Assembly (NCBI GenBank): GCA_049997795.1 | Contig: JBEKVT010000002.1 | Span: 129,664-193,663, forward strand | Length of the DNA: 64,000 nucleotides | DNA from: Minisyncoccia bacterium | GTDB lineage: Bacteria; Patescibacteriota; Minisyncoccia; Phycocordibacterales; PALSA-1337 | Reading direction: 5' to 3' | In this document: one piece after another, positions 12,170-21,968 of the stretch | Position numbering within the stretch: position 1 is the stretch's first letter | Layout: each line of letters begins with the position of its first letter | Notes under the pieces: model-generated | The model's database searches: none | Told to the model about the DNA's origin: nothing | Seen by the model: only the letters and a program-made list of their open reading frames with translations | Made by a program: the position numbers and the translations under genes

Positions 12170-13258
12170 TTATTTAATCAGCCTGGCTATGTCCTGCCAG
12201 GTTACGATGACCATGAGCACCATGAGCAGGGCGAAGCCGGCGAGATTGACGGCGTTGATGACTTTGGCGGGTATGCGCCGGCGGACGGCGCCCTCGATGG
12301 CCACGACGAGGATGCGACCGCCGTCAAGGGCCGGGAATGGGATAAGGTTGACCACGCCGAGATTGATGGAGATGAGCGCCGTGACCATGAGGAGATAGGT
12401 GAAGCCCAGTTGGGCCGCGTTGCCGACGATGCCGGCGATGCCGACCGGCCCGGTCACTTCCGAGAAGTTCGGAGCGCCTCGGAAGATGTCGGCGACGAAG
12501 CCGTACAGGCTGACGAAAGTCTCTTTGATCAAGGTGAGGGTATAGCGCAAGCTCTCGGATACCGCATTGAAGAACGGCAGCTTAAGATCGACGACGTTGT
12601 CCATGGCTATGCCGATAGCGTACTTCCCCGTCACGAGGCCTGAGGCCGGTATGATCTCGACGGATTTCAATCCGGAGCCGCGCGCGTATTCCACGGAAAT
12701 GGTATGGCTAGCGACAGAATTGATCGTGTTTTGGATATCCGCTACTGATTGCCTGACCTTGCCGCCGACCGAGACGAACACGTCCCCTTCCTTGAGCCCG
12801 GCCTTCTCCGCCGGAGAATCCGGCAAGACGTAAGTGATCATGACGCGCTGATTATGGAAGAGATCGGCATACTTCTCGAAACCGTCGACCGAGGCTGTCA
12901 CGCCGGAAGCGAAGACCCCGGCGTAGAGGAGCCAGGCGAAGATGAAATTGGCGAGGACGCCGGAGGCGAGCACCAGGATCTGCTTTGAGCGCGGCTTATT
13001 GACGAGGCTTTTCGATGAATCCGGCCCGCTCGTGTTCTCCTCGTTCGGGTCCTCGCCGAAGATCTTGACGTAGCCGCCGAACGGGATCAAGTTCAGGGCA
13101 TATTCCGTCTCCTTCCCTTTCCAGGAGACGATCCGCGGCCCGAAGCCGAGGGCGAACTTGTCCACCCGGACGCCACAGGCCCTGGCCACGAGGAAATGGC
13201 CCAGCTCGTGGGCCAGGATGAGCGCCGCCAGGACGATGATGAAGACGAGGACGGTCAT
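12170..13258 (-). CDS. rseP: RseP-like M50 zinc metalloprotease with PDZ domain
   Basis: HELGH, PFGGYV, NLIPFPALDGG. Confidence 0.93.
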   Translation of the reverse strand: MTVLVFIIVLAALILAHELGHFLVARACGVRVDKFALGFGPRIVSWKGKETEYALNLIPFGGYVKIFGEDPNEENTSGPDSSKSLVNKPRSKQILVLASGVLANFIFAWLLYAGVFASGVTASVDGFEKYADLFHNQRVMITYVLPDSPAEKAGLKEGDVFVSVGGKVRQSVADIQNTINSVASHTISVEYARGSGLKSVEIIPASGLVTGKYAIGIAMDNVVDLKLPFFNAVSESLRYTLTLIKETFVSLYGFVADIFRGAPNFSEVTGPVGIAGIVGNAAQLGFTYLLMVTALISINLGVVNLIPFPALDGGRILVVAIEGAVRRRIPAKVINAVNLAGFALLMVLMVIVTWQDIARLIK

Positions 13259-13809
13259 CAGGAGAGGATCTCTTTTTCCTTCTTGGCGTACATCTCTTCC
13301 AGCTTCTTATTGGTCTCGTCCACGATCTTCTGGGTCTCGTTCTTCAGGCGGAAGACCTCATCCTTGCCGAAGCCGCTCGCCTTCTCCTTGGCCTGGAGGT
13401 CTTTGACGATCTGGTCGCGATGGCCGCGGACGTGCTTCTTGGCGTCCTCGAGCTTGTCCTTGGCCATCTTGGCGTAGTCCTTGCGCTTGTCCGACGTCAG
13501 CTCGGGGAAATTGACGCGCACGCCCTCCCCGTCGGCGGCCACGGACATGCCGAGATTCGCCTCGTTGACGGCTTTCTCTATCTCCTTCACCTGAGCCTTG
13601 TCCCACGGCGTGAGGCGCAGGGTCCGGGCCCCTTCTATGATGATGGAGGCCACTTCTTTCAAGGCCATGGGCGTGCCGTAGACTTCCACCCGCACGCCGT
13701 CGAGGACCGCCGGCGAAGCCTGGCCGGTCCTGATCTGGGTCAGTTCCTTCTTTAGCCATTCCTCGGCGCTCGCGAGATTCTTCTTGAATGGGTTGAAGTC
13801 GTAAGCCAT
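13258..13809 (-). CDS. frr: Ribosome recycling factor
   Basis: IRTGQASP, VEVYG, PELT, KEKEIL; start re-placed at MAYDF (13809). Confidence 0.93.
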   Translation of the reverse strand: MAYDFNPFKKNLASAEEWLKKELTQIRTGQASPAVLDGVRVEVYGTPMALKEVASIIIEGARTLRLTPWDKAQVKEIEKAVNEANLGMSVAADGEGVRVNFPELTSDKRKDYAKMAKDKLEDAKKHVRGHRDQIVKDLQAKEKASGFGKDEVFRLKNETQKIVDETNKKLEEMYAKKEKEILS

Positions 13810-13834
13810 CGGTACACGCATTATAACACGCATC

Positions 13835-13945
13835 GCACCAAGCAAGTATCGGGTTCGGGGACACGGATATTTTCCTGCCGGAAAATTCCTCGTGCTCGCG
13901 CCAGTCGCGCCCGCAAGGTCCCCTTACCCGACACTTGCTTGGAGC
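13835..13945. repeat. Y-shaped palindromic element, copy A
   Basis: 17-bp arms CCAAGCAAGTATCGGGT / ACCCGACACTTGCTTGG (1 mismatch) around a 63-nt core similar to 26662-26724 in reverse orientation. Confidence 0.85.
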
Positions 13946-14629
13946 TCAGATGCTCAATGCTACGTATTCAAGGAGCATTTTGAGCGACGGTGCCCGGTCG
14001 TTCATGTACCTCCTCGCGGTTTCCACGGCCTCGAGCGCTCCGGCGTTTTTCTTCACGCTCCCTTCGTGGATCGTTTCCTCCAGAGCATTCAAAAAATCTA
14101 TGGCGTCCTGCTTCGGCCGTTTTTCTTTAGAGATATCGTCCATCAGGGATTTGACGGCGTCCAATCTTTGCTTAACAGATGATTTTACAAATCTCTCCGC
14201 TTCTTTCATAAGTTCGGAATCGGCGGCTGCCTTTGATCCCCCATTCCCGATGAATGACAGCCGCGATTTGACCGTCGGCAAGAGCAAATGCGCCGAAGGT
14301 ATGATCAAAAAGAAATGGGCACTCACCGGCGGCTCCTCGAGGAGCTTGAGCAAGGCGTTCTGGGCTTCGACCGTGATGCCATTCATCGTCAGGACGAACA
14401 TCTTCCTGCCGGATTCGCGGACCGGCTTCGTCTCGGCCGCCGATTTCACCTCGCGGGCGTCGTCTATCGTGAACGTCTCGTAAGCCCTGTCGAAGAAGTC
14501 CGGGTTGCCTGCGATTTTGATCTTATGGCCCCGCTCCAGGATTTTGATCAGTTCAGTTTTAACAGGACCGTCGCCGACTAGACAGTACGCGTGGTGCGAC
14601 AGGGATTCCAGGGCATCGGACAAATGCAT
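13946..14629 (-). CDS. holB: DNA polymerase III delta-prime-like subunit
   Basis: HAY, TIDDAR, EAQNALLKLLEEP, LLPTVKSR. Confidence 0.8.
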   Translation of the reverse strand: MHLSDALESLSHHAYCLVGDGPVKTELIKILERGHKIKIAGNPDFFDRAYETFTIDDAREVKSAAETKPVRESGRKMFVLTMNGITVEAQNALLKLLEEPPVSAHFFLIIPSAHLLLPTVKSRLSFIGNGGSKAAADSELMKEAERFVKSSVKQRLDAVKSLMDDISKEKRPKQDAIDFLNALEETIHEGSVKKNAGALEAVETARRYMNDRAPSLKMLLEYVALSI

Positions 14630-14778
14630 GCCTGTATTGTAGCAAAAAAGAGGCCTCTCCCGGCATGCCGGAAGAGGCCTGATGAACGGAACCGAACTCT
14701 TGGAGAACCAGTCCCGTTCGGGGACGGGAGGGAAAGCTAATGATAATCTTCCTAGGCGATCTTTGTCAACCCCTTATT

Positions 14779-15792
14779 TTATCTCTTCGCCACGATGGCT
14801 TTCTTGTAGACGTCCAGGTGCTCGAGGGCGATGCCGGTGCCTTTGGCGACGCAAAGCAGAGGGTCTTCGGCAAGCTCCGCCTTGACGCCGATCCGGCGGA
14901 AGACGAGCTCGGGGAAATGCCTAAGGAGCGAGGAACCGCCGGTCATGGTGATGCCTTGGTCGATGATGTCGGCCGCGAGCTCCGGCGGCGTCTCCTGGAG
15001 GACATCCTTCATGGCCTTGATCATGTCTCGAAGGGGCGCGGCCACGGCCTTGACGATCTCGTTGGTCTTGATCTCAGTCGAGCGCGGCAGGCCGGAGATG
15101 AAGTCCCGGCCCTTCACGGTCATGCCGAGCTCGGCCTCGAGCGGGATGGCCGAGCCGATCTGGATCTTGATGATCTCCGCCATGTGGTCGCCGATCCAGA
15201 GATTGAAGACCTTCTTGATGTGGTCGGCGATGGCGGCGTCGAGCTTGTTCCCCGCGCATTTGACGGAGATGGAGGAGACGATGCCCCCGAGCGAGATGAC
15301 CGCTATGTCGGTGGTGCCGCCGCCGATGTCGACGACCATGTGGCCGCGGGCTTCCTGGATGGGGATGCCGGCGCCGATAGCGGCCAGGACCGGCTCCTTG
15401 ACCACGTAGGCATTCTTGGCCCCGGCCCGGATGGCCGCCTCTATGACGGCCCGGCGCTCGGTCGAAGTGACCGAAGCAGGCACGGAGATCATGACGTCTG
15501 GCTTGAAGAAGCCCAGGCGGCCGAGGGCTTTGTCCATGAAATAGCGCAGCATGGCCTCGGTGATGCGGTAATCGGCGATGACGCCATCCTTCATCGGCCG
15601 GTAGGCCACGATCGATTCCGGGGTCCGGCCGACCATCTCCTTGGCGTCGTTCCCCACCGCCAGGACCTTCTTGTCCACTTCGGAAACGGCCACCACAGAC
15701 GGCTCGTTAAGGATGATGCCCTTGCCGGGCACGAAGACCAGAGTGTTGGCCGTGCCCAAATCGATGCCCAGTTTGGGGGCGAAAAAGCTCAT
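14779..15792 (-). CDS. mreB: Second MreB/Mbl paralog
   Basis: IDLGTANT, RPMKDGVIAD, DIGGGTT, TGGSSLL; ATG 15792 lies 7 nt after TGCTATAGT. Confidence 0.93.
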   Translation of the reverse strand: MSFFAPKLGIDLGTANTLVFVPGKGIILNEPSVVAVSEVDKKVLAVGNDAKEMVGRTPESIVAYRPMKDGVIADYRITEAMLRYFMDKALGRLGFFKPDVMISVPASVTSTERRAVIEAAIRAGAKNAYVVKEPVLAAIGAGIPIQEARGHMVVDIGGGTTDIAVISLGGIVSSISVKCAGNKLDAAIADHIKKVFNLWIGDHMAEIIKIQIGSAIPLEAELGMTVKGRDFISGLPRSTEIKTNEIVKAVAAPLRDMIKAMKDVLQETPPELAADIIDQGITMTGGSSLLRHFPELVFRRIGVKAELAEDPLLCVAKGTGIALEHLDVYKKAIVAKR

Positions 15793-15800
15793 GAAACGCA

Positions 15801-17120
15801 CTATAGCACAACTCTTTTTATTTGTGCACCGAGCGGGATCAGGCGCTCTTCGAGCCTCTCATAGCCCCGATCTATCAGATTGACGTTCCCCACGGTGAAA
15901 GTCCCCTTGCCCGCGAGAGCCGCCAGGGTGACGGCGAAGCCGGCGCGGATGTCATGGGCCTTGAGCTCTCCGTCGCCTGGCAAGACCGCAAGCGGCGTAG
16001 GGCCTTTGATCTCTATCTCGCGCGGATTCATGACGGCGATCGAAGCGCCGAGCTTCTTGAGGTCTTCGACGTATTTGAATCTCCCGTCGTATATCGTCTC
16101 GAAGACCTTGCTCTCCCCGGAGACCTGAGTGAGATACGTCACCATGACCGGCTGCAGGTCGGTGGGAAAGCCCGGATATTCGTGGGTGCGCAGGTCCAGG
16201 ACGGGCTTGAACGAGGAGGCCGGCTTCGAATTCCCCTTTATCCTGATCACGGACGACCCTGTCTCTATGGGCACTCCGGAATCCCTGAGGAGGCCGATCG
16301 TCGACTCGAGGTGGCCGGGCTCGCAGTCCTCGATGGCCAATTCTTCGGCGCACAGAGCGCCCAAGATGAGAAAACTGCCGGCTTCTATGCGGTCAGGGAT
16401 GGTCACGTAAGGCTTTTTCGGCGATAGCAACTTGCCGGCCGTCCCTTCTATCTCGATGGTCGGGGTGCCGGCGCCTTTTATCTTCGCGCCGCAGGCATTG
16501 AGCCATCCGGCCAAGCTGACTATCTCCGGTTCCATGGCGCAGTTTTTCAAGACCGTCCGGCCAGCCGCCAGCACGGCGGCCATCATCAGAGTCTCAGTCC
16601 CGCCGACGGATACCTTGTCGAAAAAGATCCCCGCGCCCTTAAGGCCGCCGGGCGCTCCTATCTTATACAGGCGGTCCTCGTCGTCGAGCGCGGCCACGGC
16701 GCCCATCTTCCGGTATCCGGCGATGAAGAGATCTATGGGACGGGTGCCTATGACGCAGCCGCCGGGGGCCGGGAATGACGCTTCTTTGAAGCGCGAGAGG
16801 AGCGGGCCGGTGAGGACTACCGAGGCCCTCATATTCCCAGCCAACTCCGAATCTACGCTGGTCGAATCCAGGGCGCCTGCATCGACCGTCAAAGTCTTGC
16901 CTTTGCGGCCGATCTTCGTCCCGAGCTTCGCCAGGATCTTCGAAAGAGTATCGATGTCGTCCGTTTCCGGGACATTCTCGAGGCAGACCGGCCCGTCGAA
17001 AAGCACGGCCGCGGCCATGGCTTTCAGGGCCGCGTTCTTGGCGCCGTTCACCTTGACGGTCCCCTTCAACCGCTTCTTACCGGCCAGGCCTTCTATGACG
17101 AATGATTCCTTATTTTCCAT
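15801..17120 (-). CDS. murA: UDP-N-acetylglucosamine 1-carboxyvinyltransferase
   Basis: GAKNAA, MRAS, PGGCVIGTRP, PDRIEAG, PGFPTDLQ, DIRAG, IDRGYE. Confidence 0.96.
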   Translation of the reverse strand: MENKESFVIEGLAGKKRLKGTVKVNGAKNAALKAMAAAVLFDGPVCLENVPETDDIDTLSKILAKLGTKIGRKGKTLTVDAGALDSTSVDSELAGNMRASVVLTGPLLSRFKEASFPAPGGCVIGTRPIDLFIAGYRKMGAVAALDDEDRLYKIGAPGGLKGAGIFFDKVSVGGTETLMMAAVLAAGRTVLKNCAMEPEIVSLAGWLNACGAKIKGAGTPTIEIEGTAGKLLSPKKPYVTIPDRIEAGSFLILGALCAEELAIEDCEPGHLESTIGLLRDSGVPIETGSSVIRIKGNSKPASSFKPVLDLRTHEYPGFPTDLQPVMVTYLTQVSGESKVFETIYDGRFKYVEDLKKLGASIAVMNPREIEIKGPTPLAVLPGDGELKAHDIRAGFAVTLAALAGKGTFTVGNVNLIDRGYERLEERLIPLGAQIKRVVL

Positions 17121-17231
17121 TTGTTCGCGTATGGGCTATTGTAATCGGTTCAGGGATATTTCACAAATAAAAAGCCCCGTGCGCCATCCATCATGCGGAT
17201 GGTCCACGGGGCGGCTGATCGATCGGAGAAG

Positions 17232-17453
17232 TCACGGTCTCGTCTCGTGGGACGGGGCCGGCTCGGCCGGAGCGGGAGAGGTTTTCCAGGTCCAACCGAG
17301 AAAATGGCCTACGACCCAGAGCACGCCTGCCGCGACGACGAAGATGATGATCGCCTTGGGCGCGGAGATCTTCTCCGACCTTGAAGAACTGTTGTAATCG
17401 AGCGGAGAGCTCATATGGCGTCTTATTGCTCCTTTCGAGATACGTAATAGCAT
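17232..17453 (-). CDS. Small single-TM hypothetical protein
   Basis: One hydrophobic segment, Pro-rich tail, downstream hairpin; start uncertain. Confidence 0.4.
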   Translation of the reverse strand: MLLRISKGAIRRHMSSPLDYNSSSRSEKISAPKAIIIFVVAAGVLWVVGHFLGWTWKTSPAPAEPAPSHETRP

Positions 17454-17503
17454 CTATAGGATCTTTGTCAAGTATTTAAATGCCCTGAAAATAAGGTATA
17501 ACT

Positions 17504-19501
17504 ATGGCAATGAATCTGATCGCCGTCATCCCCCTCTCCCGCCTCAAGGTGGCTCCGACGCTCTCGTACTTCACTTCCTCGGAGGTGCCGGTCGGCGCGG
17601 TGGTGACCGTGCCCCTCCGGTCGAGGTCGGTCCACGCTATCGTGGCCGAAGCGCGCCGGGCCGAGGACTTGAAGGCCGAGCTCCGGAGCGCCCCGTACGA
17701 GATACGGAAGCTCGGCAAGGTCAAGGCCGGGGCCTTCTTCTCGACCGCTTTCATGGATTCGTGCCGAACGCTCGCCGACTGGTACGGGACGAATACCGGA
17801 GCCGTGGTCAAAGCCATGGTCTCCGAGACGATCTTGGAGAACGCCCATAGGATCGCCCCGCCCTTGCCGCTCCAGCCGAGCTTCCTAGGCGCCGAACCGG
17901 CCCCGGACGAGACCTACGCCGTAGAGGGAGACGACGCCGACCGCATGAGCTCGTGGCGGAGCCTCATCCGCCAGGAATTCGCCCGCAAGAAATCGGTGGC
18001 CGTCTACGTCCCGACCATCGAAGACGCCAGGCGGACCTTCGCCGCTCTGGAAAAAGGCATCGAAGGCTATATCATCCTCCTTCACGGGGGTCTTTCGAAG
18101 AAGAAGGCTTTGGAGGCTTGGGCGGCCGCGGCCGAGAACCGGCATCCGGTCGTGGTGGTGGCCACCGCTTCTTTTTCCGTCCTGCCGCGGGGCGACGTCG
18201 AGACCGTCGTCATCGAGCGGGAGAACAGCCGCGGCTGGGTCTCCCAGAGGGCGCCCTGCCTCGACCTGCGCCGGGCCCTGGAGGCCGCGGCGAGGCGAGA
18301 GCATCGGACCGTTTTCCTCTCGGATTGCTTGCTCCGAGTCGAGACCTTGAAGCGCCTGGACGAGCACGAGATCGCCCCGGGCACGCCATTCAAGTGGCGG
18401 TCCGTCTCCACAGCCAAGGATTCCTTGATAGACATGCGCCGCGTCCCGAAAGCCGGCGTCCCGGCGACGGCCAAGGGCAAACCAGGATCGGACGAAGAAA
18501 AACAACCCTTCAGAGTCATTTCGGCCGAGCTCGAGAGCTTGATAGCCGAGAATCGCCGCGACAGCACCCATCTTTTCATCCTGACGGCGAGGCGCGGCCT
18601 CTCGCCGATCACGACCTGCGACGATTGCGGCACCGTCGTCCTTTGTTCCCAATGTTCCGCTCCGGTCGTCCTGCACGCCTCGAAGGAGACTGGAGCGCCG
18701 GGCGGCAGGCAGGGCCTGCCTGCCGGTAGGCATGGCAAGAATTTCTTCATGTGCCATGTCTGCGGCGAGCGCCGGAGCGCCGAGGAGACCTGCAAGAACT
18801 GCGGCAGCTGGCGGCTCTCGCCCCTCGGCATCGGCATCGATCGGGCCGAGCAGGAGATCCGGGAGGGATTCCCGGATATAGACATGTTCAAGATAGACGC
18901 CGACGCCACCAAGACGGAGGGAGAGATGGCCGAGGTCATGGAGAAGTGGAAAGCAAGGCCCGGCAGCGTCCTCCTCGGCACGGAAGCGGCCCTCTCGCGC
19001 CTTGCCGCTCCGGTCGACCACGCGGCGGTGGTCTCGCTCGATTCCCTGTTCGCCCTGCCGGATTTCCGGATAACGGAGAGAGTGATGTATCTTCTGGTCC
19101 GCCTGCGGGCCGCCGTGAGCCGCTCCATCCTGGTCCAGACCAGGCGGCCGGAGGAGAAGATCTTTGAGTACGGCCTGAAGGGCAATTTGAGCGATTTTTA
19201 CCACGCCGTCCTCTCCGAGCGCCGGCGCTTCGATTACCCGCCATTCTCCACCCTGATCAAGATCACCCTCGAGGGCAAGAAGGACAGGATCGCCAAGGAG
19301 ATGGGCGAGCTGCAGGCCTTCCTCGCGCCGCACGACGTAGACGTCTTCCCCGCCTTCACCTCGACCGTCCGCGGCGCTTCCGTCATCCACGGCCTCATCA
19401 GGGTCCCGTCGAAGCATTGGCCGGAGCCGGAGCTCGTGGCCAAACTGCGGTCTTTGCCGCCCGGCGTTTCCGTCAAGATCGACCCGGAATCGCTATTGTA
19501 G
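17504..19501 (+). CDS. priA: Primosomal protein N' (PriA) with degenerate helicase motifs
   Basis: 3'-DNA-binding N-terminus, four CxxC zinc knuckles, LPDFR..ER, QT, YPPF, IDP; adjacent to def-fmt. Confidence 0.88.
   Translation: MAMNLIAVIPLSRLKVAPTLSYFTSSEVPVGAVVTVPLRSRSVHAIVAEARRAEDLKAELRSAPYEIRKLGKVKAGAFFSTAFMDSCRTLADWYGTNTGAVVKAMVSETILENAHRIAPPLPLQPSFLGAEPAPDETYAVEGDDADRMSSWRSLIRQEFARKKSVAVYVPTIEDARRTFAALEKGIEGYIILLHGGLSKKKALEAWAAAAENRHPVVVVATASFSVLPRGDVETVVIERENSRGWVSQRAPCLDLRRALEAAARREHRTVFLSDCLLRVETLKRLDEHEIAPGTPFKWRSVSTAKDSLIDMRRVPKAGVPATAKGKPGSDEEKQPFRVISAELESLIAENRRDSTHLFILTARRGLSPITTCDDCGTVVLCSQCSAPVVLHASKETGAPGGRQGLPAGRHGKNFFMCHVCGERRSAEETCKNCGSWRLSPLGIGIDRAEQEIREGFPDIDMFKIDADATKTEGEMAEVMEKWKARPGSVLLGTEAALSRLAAPVDHAAVVSLDSLFALPDFRITERVMYLLVRLRAAVSRSILVQTRRPEEKIFEYGLKGNLSDFYHAVLSERRRFDYPPFSTLIKITLEGKKDRIAKEMGELQAFLAPHDVDVFPAFTSTVRGASVIHGLIRVPSKHWPEPELVAKLRSLPPGVSVKIDPESLL
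18713..18736. repeat. Short coding palindrome GGCCTGCCTGCCGGTAGGCAYGGC (copy in priA)
   Basis: 23/24 identical to 37715-37738. Confidence 0.75.
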
Positions 19502-19527
19502 CCGTTCCATGATACATTTTTCCCAAT

Positions 19528-20061
19528 ATGTCTGAGATCGTAGGGCGCGACAACCCGATATTGCGGGGCAGGGCCAAGACGGTGCCGAGAAGCGACATCG
19601 GCTCCGATCGCTTGAAGAAGATCGTCGCCCGCCTGAGGGCCGCCCTGGCTCCCGAGAAGGACGGCATCGCCATCGCCGCGCCGCAGATCGGCGAGCCGAT
19701 CCGCCTTTTCCTCGTCTCGGGCGAGCTCTTGAAGAAAGCCGACAAGACCTACAAGGGCGACGGCTCCGACATGGTCTTCATAAATCCGGAGATCACCCGG
19801 CGGTCGCGGGACAAGAAGGAGGTCGAGGAGGGCTGCTTGTCCATCCGCTGGCTCTACGGCAAGGTCAAGCGCTCGACCCGCGTCACTTTGACCGCTCTGG
19901 ACGAGAACGGCGCCAAGATCGAACGCGGCGCGAGCGGCCTCCTGTCGCAGATCTTCCAGCACGAGGTCGATCATCTCGACGGCGTCCTTTTCACCGACAA
20001 GGCCCGGGAGATATGGGAGCTTTCGCCGGAAGAGATCGCCGAACTGCAGAATAAGCCCTGA
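19528..20061 (+). CDS. def: Peptide deformylase
   Basis: GIAIAAPQIG, EGCLS, QHEVDHLDG. Confidence 0.96.
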   Translation: MSEIVGRDNPILRGRAKTVPRSDIGSDRLKKIVARLRAALAPEKDGIAIAAPQIGEPIRLFLVSGELLKKADKTYKGDGSDMVFINPEITRRSRDKKEVEEGCLSIRWLYGKVKRSTRVTLTALDENGAKIERGASGLLSQIFQHEVDHLDGVLFTDKAREIWELSPEEIAELQNKP

Positions 20062-20079
20062 GCCGCGAGCGGCACTGCC

Positions 20080-20949
20080 ATGGTGAGCAAAGACATCAAA
20101 ATAGGATTCTTCGGGACGCCGGAATACGCCGCGACGACGCTCGAGCATCTGCAGAAAGCGGGCTTCAGCCTGAAGTTCGTCGTGACCAATCCGGACCGGC
20201 CGAGGGGCCGCGGCTTGGCCGTGACCGCTCCGCCCGCGAAGGTCTGGGCCGAAAAGCACGGCGTGCCCGTCCTCCAGCCGGAGACATTGCGCGGCAATAA
20301 GGAGCTCGCGGAAAAATTGAAATCCTACGGCTGCGACGTATTCATAGTGATAGCCTATGGAAAGATCATCCCTGAAGAAATATTCGATATCCCGCCGAGG
20401 AAGACTTTGAATATCCACGGCTCTCTTTTACCGAAACTGCGCGGAGCAAGCCCGATCGAGACCGCTATCCTGGAAGACCTGAGGGAGACCGGGGTGACCG
20501 TCATGCGCGTGGACGGCCTTTTGGATCACGGGCCGATCGTCGCGCAGAGAAAGGTCAGGGTCGAGCCATGGCCCCCATCGGCCCGCGAGTTGGGCGCGAA
20601 GATCGTCGAGGAAGGCGCAAGGCTGATCGTGGAGATCCTGCCGGACTGGGTAGCCGGGAAGATCCTGGAGACCGAGCAAAACCACGCCGCCGCGACCTTG
20701 ACCAAGAAGATATCCAAAGAAGACGCGCTTCTCGACCTTAAGGCAGACCCGTACGAGAATTTCCGGAAGGTCCAGGCCTTCAGCGAATGGCCCGTAGCTT
20801 ACTTCCTCGCGGAGCGCGGCGGCAAAAAGATCCGGGTGAAGATAACCCGGGCCTCATGGAAGGACGGCAAGCTCGAGATAGAGAAAGTCGTGCCGGAAGG
20901 AGCCAAAGAGATGGCTTACGGGGATTTTCTCAAAGGGCATCGTCTCTAG
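20080..20949 (+). CDS. fmt: Methionyl-tRNA formyltransferase
   Basis: FFGTP, AYGKII, NIHGSLLPKLRGASP, LDHGP. Confidence 0.95.
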   Translation: MVSKDIKIGFFGTPEYAATTLEHLQKAGFSLKFVVTNPDRPRGRGLAVTAPPAKVWAEKHGVPVLQPETLRGNKELAEKLKSYGCDVFIVIAYGKIIPEEIFDIPPRKTLNIHGSLLPKLRGASPIETAILEDLRETGVTVMRVDGLLDHGPIVAQRKVRVEPWPPSARELGAKIVEEGARLIVEILPDWVAGKILETEQNHAAATLTKKISKEDALLDLKADPYENFRKVQAFSEWPVAYFLAERGGKKIRVKITRASWKDGKLEIEKVVPEGAKEMAYGDFLKGHRL

Positions 20950-21340
20950 TCCGGCCCCTGCGCCATCCCCTCTCGCCCCACGGCCAGAGGCCCTTCATCA
21001 TCGCCTTGACGCGGGCGCCGCTCCTCCGGATGAACGACCGGTGCTTCTTCTTGCCAGTGCGGATCTCTTTGACGATCTCGTCGCGGACGCCGCAGACGGC
21101 CAGATGCAAATCCTCGTTCATGACCGCGGCGTAGGCGTCCAAGCCGCGGCCAACGATGTGGATCTCGGCCCGGAAGACGTCGCCTTTCTGATGGTGATCG
21201 GTGGTGCGCGACAGCTCCACGTCGCAGACGACCGACGGGTCGCGGCTGACGAGCTTCCTTATCTTCGCCAGGCGTTTCTCGAGATAGCCGGAGACCGACG
21301 GGTTCAGGGAGAGATTGGTGGCTTTGACGCGGATGTTCAT
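20930..21340 (-). CDS. hpf: Ribosome hibernation factor (HPF/RaiA, sigma54 modulation family)
   Basis: MNIRVKATNLSL..YLEKRL..FRAEI..EDL..AV fold pattern; start re-placed at 21340. Confidence 0.8.
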   Translation of the reverse strand: MNIRVKATNLSLNPSVSGYLEKRLAKIRKLVSRDPSVVCDVELSRTTDHHQKGDVFRAEIHIVGRGLDAYAAVMNEDLHLAVCGVRDEIVKEIRTGKKKHRSFIRRSGARVKAMMKGLWPWGERGWRRGRTRDDAL

Positions 21341-21368
21341 GTCTTTGGCGGGATCATGTCCCGACGGA

Positions 21369-21968
21369 TCATTGCTTGGGCTGGAGCTTGCCGTACATGC
21401 CGACGAGCCTGGCCTGATCGAGGACATGGCCTTGCATGGCCTTGAAGACGTCGGCCTTTGACGCCCCTTCCGAAAGAGGCAGCATGCCGTCTACGGCGTA
21501 GACCATGAAGATATAATGGTGCGTCCCCAGGGGCGGGCACGGGCCGAAATAGCCGAGACCGCCGTTATCGTTCTTGCCGGAAGTGCCGACGGGGACCTGG
21601 CCCTCGGAGATGGCGGTGGTAGCCGGATCGATGTTGAAAGCCACCCAATGATCGAAACCCAGGGTGCTGGGGGCATCTGGGTCGTGCAAGACGAGAGTGA
21701 GCGACTGGGTTCCGGTCGGCACGCCGGAGATCGTAAGCGGCGGACTCGTGCCCCGGCCGTCGCAAGTATAGATGGCCGGAAGGCGCCCGTTATTCTCGAA
21801 GGCGGAGCTCGTCAGTTTTATGGTTGATGGTACGACGGCTGGCATGAATTCATTCGATGATCGCTCGTATATGAACTGCGGCAGGGAGAGCGCCGCCATC
21901 GAGACTACGGCTATGGTGACGGCGGCGGTGCAGAAGACGGCGAAGATGGTGGCGGTGTTCCACTTCAC
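21369..21968 (-). CDS. YbhB/YbcL (PEBP) family protein
   Basis: LTSSAF, YTCDG, DPDAP, FDHW, GPCPP, HHY. Confidence 0.92.
   Translation of the reverse strand: MKWNTATIFAVFCTAAVTIAVVSMAALSLPQFIYERSSNEFMPAVVPSTIKLTSSAFENNGRLPAIYTCDGRGTSPPLTISGVPTGTQSLTLVLHDPDAPSTLGFDHWVAFNIDPATTAISEGQVPVGTSGKNDNGGLGYFGPCPPLGTHHYIFMVYAVDGMLPLSEGASKADVFKAMQGHVLDQARLVGMYGKLQPKQ

Noticed and set aside
9752-15792. Two mreB paralogs as a novelty
   Set aside because: Multiple MreB/Mbl copies are common in rod-shaped monoderm-type bacteria
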